DNA of 64,000 bases from a virus. Shown piece by piece: positions 56,648 through 64,000 of this stretch. Every line of letters begins with the position of its first letter. Position 1 is the first letter of the stretch. Position numbers and translations under genes: made by a program. The notes below the pieces were generated by a model. The model ran no database searches. It was not told the DNA's origin and saw only the letters and a list, made by a program, of their open reading frames with translations. Where the stretch lies: the IMG/VR virus record IMGVR_UViG_3300009481_004294; one strand, written 5' to 3'.

Positions 56648-58343
56648 GATCAGATGGAAAAACGTTCTTTCCACTGGTCAAAATTTTATTGAAATTGATT
56701 TAGACAAAAATCCAACAACTTTGATTGTTGGAGAAAATGGGTCTGGTAAATCTACAATATTAGATGCTCTTACCTTTAGTCTATTCGGAAAAGCATTTCG
56801 TAATATTAATAAATCTCAAATTATCAATTCAATTAATGATAGAAATTGTCTTATTGAAACAGAATTTTCAATTGGTAATAGACACTATCTTGTACGTAGA
56901 GGAATAAAACCAAATCTATTTGAAATTGAAGTTGATGGAGCATTAATAAATCAAGATGCAAAAGTAAGAGATTATCAAGAACATCTTGAAAAAAATATTC
57001 TTAAATTAAATTATAAATCTTTTACTCAAATTGTTGTTCTTGGTAGTTCGTCTTTTGTTCCTTTTATGCAACTCAAATCAAATGATCGTAGAATTATTAT
57101 TGAAGATTTGCTCGATATTCAAATATTTTCTACAATGAATTTTATATTGAAAAGCAAAGTTTCTAATTTAAAAGAAGAACAATATCAAAATGAATTAAAT
57201 TTATCAAAAGCTGAAACTGCTTTAGAATTACAAGAAGATTTTATTTCGAAAATGAAAAAAAGCAATAAACAATTAATTGCTAGTAATCAAAAAAAAATTA
57301 AAGATTCTCATAAACAAATAGAAAAATATAATTCTCTTGTTGCAACTTGTGATAAAGAAATAGCAACTCTTCAGAAACTTGTTAATGATTTTGATAAAGA
57401 ACAAAAGAAACATCAAAAATTAGAACTATATCAGAATGAAATTGAAAAAAATGTAAAGAAACTTGAAAAAGAAATTGAATTTTACAATGAAAATACAGAT
57501 TGTCCAACATGTAAACAAACAATTGATGATGAACATAGAAATTGCGAAATTCATTCAAAAGAAGAGAAAAAAGTAGAATTAAGTGAAGCAATTAGTAAAA
57601 TAGGGAGTGATATTAAAGAATCACTTTTCGTTATTTCTGAAATGCAAACAACCCAAGAAAATATTACTGAAATTCAAAGTACTGTAACAAAACATAATGT
57701 TTCGATATCTGCAATTAATCAATATATTGAAAAAATAAATGAGGAAGTAAATCAATTAAATGAAAATGATGTAGATGTTTCAGATGCTTCTGCAAAATTA
57801 AAAAAAATAAAATCAGAACAAAAAGATTTTTTAACATTAAAAGAACAGCATAGTAATACACAATCTATATATGATACTGCAAGTGTTTTATTGAAAGATG
57901 GGGGCATTAAAACTTTGATTGTCAAAAAATATCTTCCAATTATGAATAAATTGATTAATAAGTATTTGGCAAATATGGACTTTTATGTTTCATTTAATCT
58001 TGATGAAAATTTTAATGAGACAATTAAATCTAGATTTCGTGATGAATTTACTTATGCTTCTTTTAGTGAAGGAGAAAAGATGCGTATTGATTTAGCTTTG
58101 CTTTTTACGTGGAGAGCAATTGCTAAGTTGAAAAATAGTATGAGTACTAATTTACTTATACTAGACGAAGTATTTGACAGTTCGCTTGATGAAGATGGAA
58201 CAAGTGATTTTCTTAAAATAATACATTCTCTTGGTAGTGCATCAAATGTGTTTGTGATAAGTCATAAGGGAGAAATACTTTATGATAAATTCAAACACAT
58301 GATTAAATTTGAGAAAATTAAAAATTTTAGTAGGATAGTGTAA
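56631..58343 (+). CDS. gp46: Recombination ATPase subunit gp46 (Rad50/SbcC-like)
   Basis: GENGSGKST, CPTC zinc hook, FSEGEKMRIDLA, LILDEVFDSSLD. Confidence 0.97.
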   Translation: MINFHKIRWKNVLSTGQNFIEIDLDKNPTTLIVGENGSGKSTILDALTFSLFGKAFRNINKSQIINSINDRNCLIETEFSIGNRHYLVRRGIKPNLFEIEVDGALINQDAKVRDYQEHLEKNILKLNYKSFTQIVVLGSSSFVPFMQLKSNDRRIIIEDLLDIQIFSTMNFILKSKVSNLKEEQYQNELNLSKAETALELQEDFISKMKKSNKQLIASNQKKIKDSHKQIEKYNSLVATCDKEIATLQKLVNDFDKEQKKHQKLELYQNEIEKNVKKLEKEIEFYNENTDCPTCKQTIDDEHRNCEIHSKEEKKVELSEAISKIGSDIKESLFVISEMQTTQENITEIQSTVTKHNVSISAINQYIEKINEEVNQLNENDVDVSDASAKLKKIKSEQKDFLTLKEQHSNTQSIYDTASVLLKDGGIKTLIVKKYLPIMNKLINKYLANMDFYVSFNLDENFNETIKSRFRDEFTYASFSEGEKMRIDLALLFTWRAIAKLKNSMSTNLLILDEVFDSSLDEDGTSDFLKIIHSLGSASNVFVISHKGEILYDKFKHMIKFEKIKNFSRIV

Positions 58344-58891
58344 TGATTTTAGACCTCGTAGATGGAGTACATCCTTTAATAGAAACTAAATTAGACGAAT
58401 TTGATTTCGATTCTAATAAAACAACATATTTTGATGATGAAAAAGTATTACATACATTGAATGCTCACGAATTAGAACAAATACTTCTAGAAAACATGGT
58501 TCATCATGAAGGATTGGGTATTTCTTCTAATCAAATAGGGATTAATTGCAGAGCATTTGCAATGTTACATGAAGGCGAGCCTTTGATTATGATTAATCCT
58601 AAAGTTATACAAGCAACAGAAGAAGAAGTTTTGATGAAAGAAGGATGTCTTACGTGGTTTGGTTTATTTCCTAATGTAAAAAGACCTAGTGGTGTTTCTA
58701 TTAATTGGAAAGATAGAGATGGTGAAGATTATAATGGAAATTTTATCGGCCTTTCTGCAAGAATTATTTTGCATGAATATGATCATTTGAATGGCTATAC
58801 TTTTTTTGATAGAACAAGTACATATCATATGCAACAAGCAAGAAAGAAAAGAAAACTATTTTTAAGGAAGGTGAAAAATGGCAAAATATAA
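58343..58891 (+). CDS. def: Peptide deformylase
   Basis: GLG.SSNQ, EGCL, HEYDHL.G. Confidence 0.92.
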   Translation: MILDLVDGVHPLIETKLDEFDFDSNKTTYFDDEKVLHTLNAHELEQILLENMVHHEGLGISSNQIGINCRAFAMLHEGEPLIMINPKVIQATEEEVLMKEGCLTWFGLFPNVKRPSGVSINWKDRDGEDYNGNFIGLSARIILHEYDHLNGYTFFDRTSTYHMQQARKKRKLFLRKVKNGKI

Positions 58892-59006
58892 ATTATTAGT
58901 TGAAGATGTTGGAGATTATTCTGAAGATAATTTGTTAAAATTATTCTATCTTGTTATTAAGCACAGATTTGGACATTTTTTAAAGGGCGAAGGTTTTCGT
59001 GATTGA
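58878..59006 (+). CDS. 42-aa small protein (MAKYKLLVEDVGDYSEDNLLKLFYLVIKHRFGHFLKGEGFRD)
   Basis: Translated manually; below the track's size cutoff. AAGGTG-like RBS; bridges def and the next gene with overlaps. Confidence 0.55.
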   Translation: MAKYKLLVEDVGDYSEDNLLKLFYLVIKHRFGHFLKGEGFRD

Positions 59007-59841
59007 TAAAATTATCACGAATATTATTGATCAAGAAGCACCTGATCAAACAGTTGCAGTATTGATGTCTGGAGGAACAGATAGTCTAACAGTTGCCGCG
59101 GCCGCTCATAGATTGAATAAAAAATTAAATTGCTATACATTTAGAGTTGATGGAAAAGATTCTGATGATAGCATATATGCAGAAAAAGCATGTAAGCATT
59201 TTGGTTGGAATTTTAAACTTATAGATGTTCCAGTTGACAATATTGAAAATGATTTTTTTACTTTGATTAAAACATATGAATGTAAAAAGAAAACTCATGT
59301 AGAATGTACATTTCCTTTTTTATATGTTTATCCTCATATAAAAGAGAAATATATCTTAACTGGTTGGGCCGCTGATGGTTATTATGGGGTGAGCAAAAAA
59401 GCAAATATACATTTCAAACACACCAAAGAATTGATGGATGAATTCAGACGGGATTACTTTGGTAAATTAGATGAGACTACACAAAAATTTATTCCAGGAA
59501 ATCCTGTAGGAGTGAAACAACAAATGTTGTTGGCAGAATCAATAGATTCTATTTTAGTTGCTCCATACATTGATAAGACGGTCTGGGACTGGATGATACA
59601 GTATGATTGGGATTTTTTCAATAAACCATATCAGAAAGCTCCGCTATTTGATGCATTTCCCGAATTGCTTGAAATAAAGAGAAGAAATCATCTGAATTTA
59701 CAGTTAGCCGCAGGAATACCAAATTATTTTGAGAAATTGCTTGACAATAAGGAAATTAATATCTATAATAGAAGCAGAATAATGGATTTAGTCAGAGATT
59801 GGAAAACTACAACTACAAATATAGAGGAATTTTTTGTATGA
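58999..59841 (+). CDS. Asparagine-synthase-like PP-loop ATPase (no glutaminase domain)
   Basis: VAVLMSGGTDS PP-loop, ILTGWAADGYYG, V.APY.D. Confidence 0.8.
   Translation: MIDKIITNIIDQEAPDQTVAVLMSGGTDSLTVAAAAHRLNKKLNCYTFRVDGKDSDDSIYAEKACKHFGWNFKLIDVPVDNIENDFFTLIKTYECKKKTHVECTFPFLYVYPHIKEKYILTGWAADGYYGVSKKANIHFKHTKELMDEFRRDYFGKLDETTQKFIPGNPVGVKQQMLLAESIDSILVAPYIDKTVWDWMIQYDWDFFNKPYQKAPLFDAFPELLEIKRRNHLNLQLAAGIPNYFEKLLDNKEINIYNRSRIMDLVRDWKTTTTNIEEFFV
59741..59769 (+). promoter_or_regulatory. Consensus sigma70 promoter inside the upstream CDS, pointing at the DNA methyltransferase
   Basis: TTGACA-N17-TATAAT exact; GAGGA RBS at 59824 and ATG at 59838. Confidence 0.75.
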
Positions 59842-61061
59842 GTTATCAAAAATATTATGTAAAAGATGTTAAAGAAAAATCATCTGAAAAACTATTTAAT
59901 GTTATTAGTTGTTTTGCTGGTGGTGGAGGAAGTTCTACTGGATATAGACTCGCTGGAGCAAATATTCTTTTAATTAATGAATTTGTTGAAGAAGCAATTT
60001 CAACATATCAAGCAAATTTTCCAGATACAAACGTTTTAGTTGATGATATTAAAAAATATACATCAGATGATTTTTTAGAAATGGCAGGAATTAAAGTTGG
60101 AGAATTAGATTTACTTGATGGTTCTCCTCCATGTTCTGCATTTTCACTTGCAGGTAAGAGAAATAAAGGATGGGAAGGTTATGTAGAAGATACAAGAGAA
60201 TCTTCTATTGATCTTGAAACTGGTGAAGTTGTGCAGACAGGAGAATTAAAGAAAAAAGATGGAATAAAGAAATATTCTGAAGATAAAATTCAAGAAAGTA
60301 TTGAAGATTTGTTTTTAGAATATATAAGAATTGCTAAGGGAATTCAACCAAAAGTTATCGTAGCAGAAAATGTTAAAGGAATAACTTTTGGAGAATCTAA
60401 GAAAAAACTTTTAGAATTTATTAATGATTTTGAACGAATAGGTTATGAAGTTTCGTATCAAGTTATGAATGCGGCTGATTTTGGAACACCTCAAGGAAGA
60501 GAAAGAACTATTTTTATTTGTGTTCGAAAAGATGTTGCAGAAACGATAGGTCTTAATTTTATGAATATAAGTGGTATTTTTCCTACTAAAACTGTAACTA
60601 AACACGTTACAATGAGAGAGGCTTTTGAAGATATTGAAAATGATCCCGAAGAAATTAAAATGCTGACAGAGTTTGTCGAAGGTTCTTTTCAAAAAAAATT
60701 TTTAAGTTTTCTTCCATTTAATCCAGAAAAACCGATTAAACCCTCAGATAAACAATTTCGTGAATTTAATCCTAAAGGATCATGTTTTAATATGATTCGA
60801 CCAGCACCCGATCTTCCTTCTCCTACTTTGACTCAACAAGGTCAGAAGAAAGGATTGTCTGGTGTTTTTCATTATGCTGAAAATCGCAAACCGACCATTG
60901 TTGAATTTAAAAGACTTATGGGTATGCCAGAAGATTTTATTTTGACAGGTGATTTTGATCAACAAGCAGAAAGATTAGGAAGAATGGTCGCTCCAAAAAT
61001 GATGAAAGAAATCGCAAATAGTATATACAAAAATGTACTAGAACCCTTTAATAAAAAATAA
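59838..61061 (+). CDS. dcm: C5-cytosine DNA methyltransferase
   Basis: FAGGGG (motif I), GSPPC (IV), ENVKG (VI), Q.RER (VIII), G.MVAP (X). ATG 59838 is preferred over TTG 59799. Confidence 0.93.
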   Translation: MSYQKYYVKDVKEKSSEKLFNVISCFAGGGGSSTGYRLAGANILLINEFVEEAISTYQANFPDTNVLVDDIKKYTSDDFLEMAGIKVGELDLLDGSPPCSAFSLAGKRNKGWEGYVEDTRESSIDLETGEVVQTGELKKKDGIKKYSEDKIQESIEDLFLEYIRIAKGIQPKVIVAENVKGITFGESKKKLLEFINDFERIGYEVSYQVMNAADFGTPQGRERTIFICVRKDVAETIGLNFMNISGIFPTKTVTKHVTMREAFEDIENDPEEIKMLTEFVEGSFQKKFLSFLPFNPEKPIKPSDKQFREFNPKGSCFNMIRPAPDLPSPTLTQQGQKKGLSGVFHYAENRKPTIVEFKRLMGMPEDFILTGDFDQQAERLGRMVAPKMMKEIANSIYKNVLEPFNKK

Positions 61062-61063
61062 TT

Positions 61064-61276
61064 ATGAAAGCTGATATCAAAAAACAAGTAAAAGAAAAAC
61101 TTGCAAAATATAATATGAAATATGCCGCTATGGACTGGGACTATAAGTGGTTTTGCTTTGAAAAGAAGCCGAAATGTGTCGATGATACATGGGATGTCAA
61201 AGATGGACATTATATGAGAATTCATACTCTTCCTACTGAAGGTTTTGACTGGAGAGATTCATTAGTCCAAAAATAA
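61064..61276 (+). CDS. Hypothetical small protein
   Basis: 70-aa ORF; YAAMD.D..W..FE.KP...W pattern. Confidence 0.55.
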   Translation: MKADIKKQVKEKLAKYNMKYAAMDWDYKWFCFEKKPKCVDDTWDVKDGHYMRIHTLPTEGFDWRDSLVQK

Positions 61277-61288
61277 CCAAGAATTGTC

Positions 61289-61317
61289 TTGACAGTATTT
61301 CCAGATATTGATACCAT
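61289..61317 (+). promoter_or_regulatory. Sigma70-type early promoter
   Basis: TTGACA-N17-TACCAT with a TG extension; AAGGA RBS before ATG 61356. Confidence 0.7.
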
Positions 61318-61355
61318 ATAAGTGAAGGTTAAAAACTAATCAAAAAGGATATCTT

Positions 61356-63689
61356 ATGAATGAAATACAGTCTACAAAATCTCTTTTAGCAAAACTTCTT
61401 GCTTCTGAGAACATTACAGTAGAGCATGGTAATTATCAAACAGCATCATTTGATGTTAAAAATCGGGTCATTCGTCTACCAATTTTCAAGTATATGAGTG
61501 GTTCGATTTATGATTTGATGGTTCTCCATGAAGTTGGACATGCACTTTGGACTCCTTTAAAAGGATTGCATTCTGAGAAGAATGAGAAGGGTCCTGGATT
61601 TAAGTCTTATCTTAATGTTGTTGAAGATGCTAGAATTGAGAAAAAGATAAAAAGAAAATATCCAGGTGGTTCAAAGCCGATGATTGAAGGCTATCGCCAA
61701 CTTGTATCAGAGAACTTTTTTGCAACAAAAGATCGTGATCTGAATGCATTAAATTTGATTGATAGAATTAATTTACATTATAAAATCGGTGCATCTGCGG
61801 GTATTGAATTTGATGAAATAGAAAGTCCTTTTCTTACTGAAATTGATAAAGCAGAGACTTTTGAAGAAATTTATGATATAACTGTAAGACTTTATGATTA
61901 TTCAAAAGAAAATGAAAGTCAAACAGATTTTCAAGATTTTACTGATTTTGATTCTTCAATGTGTGAAGGTTTTGAAAGTTTTGAAGAAGAGCCTGAAGTA
62001 ATGGGTGATTCTCCGCTTGAGTGGATGGAAGAAGAGGAAGAACGTGAAGATGCCAAGTCGGGTATGAGAGGTGATAGTTTAGAATCTGAAGAGGAAGAAG
62101 GATCTTCTGAAGAAGATTCTGCTGGAACATCTGAAGAAGATTCTGCTTCTGCTGGAAATAAAGGAGAAAATGAAGATGAAAATGGAGATAAAGGTAAAGA
62201 AGCGAGTGGAATAACTTCTGGTCTTGAGGGTGGAGTATCGAATGATGAAAGATATGAACCTAAATCTATAACTGATGAAGCATGGCAAGAATCAGCAAAA
62301 GATTTAAATCAAGAAACTGACCGAATTAGGGAATATGTAACAATTCCAAAAGCAAATTTGGAAGAAATAATTGTTCCTCACAAAGAATTATATAAGATGA
62401 CTCGGGACTTTTTTAAAGATTCTAAGTATGAAGACGGTCGTTATGATGAATTCTTTGCCGCCGCACAAAGTATGGTGAAAGATTTCAAAAGAAAAAATTC
62501 AAAAACAGTAGATTATCTTGTTAAAGAATTTGAAATGAAAAAGAGGGCTGATGAGTATAAAAGAACCAGCATTTCAAAAACTGGTTTACTTGATATGTCT
62601 TCAATTCATTCTTACAAATATAATGATAATCTTTTCAAAAAAGTTGCAACTATTGCTTCTGGAAAAAATCACGGTCTTGTTTTATTCATAGACTGGTCTG
62701 GTTCTATGCATTCCAATTTACCTGGTACTATTGATCAACTTTTGAATCTGGTTTTATTTTGCAGAAAAGTAAATATTCCTTTTGAAGTATATGCTTTTAC
62801 TGATCGTAATATTAAACAACCACTGGTTGATGGACAGCCAGTAGATTCTTCAATTCAAGAAGATATTAAACAGAAGGACAGGGTTTTCTTTCAAAAAGAA
62901 GGTCATATTGCTTCTAATTCTACTTTGTTTTTGATGAATCTTTTTAGTAGTTCAATGTTAACTTCAGAGTTGAATTATGCTATGCAAATTATGATGCAAA
63001 TGAAGATGAGATATGATACTGAAAATTGGTACGGTTTTAGATACAGTATTCCATATCATTTTGAATTGGGCGGAACTCCTCTTGATGCAACAATTATTAC
63101 AGCATTGGAATTGATTCCTGAATTTCAAAAGAAAAATCGTGTACAAATTGTAAATACAGTTTTTCTTACTGATGGTGAATCTCACACTAATACTCAAGTT
63201 TGGAGACCTAATAAAGAAGGTGTTCTTGATAAAGAATATTTTGATAGTAGAGGAAGAGACACTTATTATACTGATCCTGTCAGTAAAAAAACTTATACAT
63301 CTACAGGTCGCCGATCTGGAATGTCTACTCATACTTTTTATAATATTTTGAAAGATCGATGTAAAGTCAATATTCTGGGATTTTTCTTAATAGGAAAAAG
63401 ATTTAAATGGGTAAGTTCTGATATTTCCTGGGGTACAAAGAATGCTCCAAATCCTGCTGAAATTTTAAAATTATTCAAAAAAGAAAAATCATATGTTGCT
63501 TCAAATTGGATCGGATATGATAAATTATATTACATTAAAGATGGTAGTGATTTGAATGTTGAAGATGAAGGTTTTGCTGTTACTGAAGATGCTTCAAAAA
63601 GTCAATTGACTAAAGCATTTAAAAAATTCACTGGCAAAAAACTTACTAACAGAATTGTTCTGAAAAGTTTTGCAGAAATGGTCGCATGA
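61356..63689 (+). CDS. Metallopeptidase-like / vWA (CobT-like) protein of T4-like phages
   Basis: HEVGH zinc motif, NVVEDARIE, acidic linker, IDWSGSM MIDAS, GGTPL, VFLTDGE. Confidence 0.85.
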   Translation: MNEIQSTKSLLAKLLASENITVEHGNYQTASFDVKNRVIRLPIFKYMSGSIYDLMVLHEVGHALWTPLKGLHSEKNEKGPGFKSYLNVVEDARIEKKIKRKYPGGSKPMIEGYRQLVSENFFATKDRDLNALNLIDRINLHYKIGASAGIEFDEIESPFLTEIDKAETFEEIYDITVRLYDYSKENESQTDFQDFTDFDSSMCEGFESFEEEPEVMGDSPLEWMEEEEEREDAKSGMRGDSLESEEEEGSSEEDSAGTSEEDSASAGNKGENEDENGDKGKEASGITSGLEGGVSNDERYEPKSITDEAWQESAKDLNQETDRIREYVTIPKANLEEIIVPHKELYKMTRDFFKDSKYEDGRYDEFFAAAQSMVKDFKRKNSKTVDYLVKEFEMKKRADEYKRTSISKTGLLDMSSIHSYKYNDNLFKKVATIASGKNHGLVLFIDWSGSMHSNLPGTIDQLLNLVLFCRKVNIPFEVYAFTDRNIKQPLVDGQPVDSSIQEDIKQKDRVFFQKEGHIASNSTLFLMNLFSSSMLTSELNYAMQIMMQMKMRYDTENWYGFRYSIPYHFELGGTPLDATIITALELIPEFQKKNRVQIVNTVFLTDGESHTNTQVWRPNKEGVLDKEYFDSRGRDTYYTDPVSKKTYTSTGRRSGMSTHTFYNILKDRCKVNILGFFLIGKRFKWVSSDISWGTKNAPNPAEILKLFKKEKSYVASNWIGYDKLYYIKDGSDLNVEDEGFAVTEDASKSQLTKAFKKFTGKKLTNRIVLKSFAEMVA

Positions 63690-63692
63690 ATT

Positions 63693-64000
63693 ATGGCAAT
63701 CGATAATCCTGTATGGGACAATAAAAATAAAGAAATACAAAAAATCTTAACAGAAAAGATTCTGACAGATTCCCAATTGCTTAAAGCAATGGAAACTTCA
63801 GCCCATAAGGAAATAAATAGACTGCAAGAACATGCAAATCTTTTAGTAAAACAAGCACACGAAATTATGGAAAGAGTACAATTAACAAAAAGAATACATG
63901 AAAGAGTTGATATTCAATTTCGTATTGTAAAAGAAAAACATTATTTTTTATATGAAGATGATACATTATCTTTAATTTCTCCAGAAGAATGGGATAAGAA
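63693..64000 (+). CDS. 3'-truncated hypothetical protein (DUF2452-like)
   Basis: Manual translation MAIDNPVW...YFLYEDDTLSLISPEEWDK runs off the window end. Confidence 0.55.
   Translation, partial: MAIDNPVWDNKNKEIQKILTEKILTDSQLLKAMETSAHKEINRLQEHANLLVKQAHEIMERVQLTKRIHERVDIQFRIVKEKHYFLYEDDTLSLISPEEWDK

Noticed and set aside
46321-63332. Short minus-strand ORFs overlapping gp22, gp23, uvsW, dcm and the vWA gene
   Set aside because: Fully nested antisense to conserved genes, with no motifs or promoters noticed.
1-64000. Host assignment (e.g. cyanophage) from def and the desaturases
   Set aside because: No photosynthesis or other host-diagnostic genes are in the window; those genes occur in several marine phage groups.

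Overview
AT-rich 64-kb segment of a large T4-like myophage genome, almost entirely on the + strand. 1-12.8 kb: neck, tail, packaging and portal genes (gp13, gp14, gp15, gp16, gp17, gp18, gp19, gp20). 43.7-64 kb: prohead and capsid genes (gp68-like, gp21, gp22, gp23), glyco/methyl enzymes, gp3, uvsY, uvsW, gp55, gp47, gp46, peptide deformylase, an Asn-synthase-like ATPase, a C5 DNA methyltransferase and a peptidase/vWA protein. In T4, gp20-67-68-21 are contiguous; here about 31 kb of co-oriented, tightly coupled genes lie between them. The insert has four parts. (i) Two giant modular fibre proteins built on proline-free Gly-Ser-Ala/Thr triplet repeats. (ii) A protein ending in 12 tandem CNC(N/D)F(CP) heptads, followed by three radical SAM enzymes (RiPP-like or virion-protein modification system). 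(iii) A lipid/polyketide gene cluster: ACP, TauD-type dioxygenase, SDR, type III PKS, AcpS, 2OG-Fe(II) oxygenase and seven tandem membrane fatty-acid desaturases. (iv) An atypical tRNA-Pro(GGG)-like RNA with features of non-ribosomal tRNAs. This phage-borne biosynthetic island is the best candidate for an undescribed system. All calls come from motif recognition by eye; no database searches were run, so novelty, products and host are unverified.
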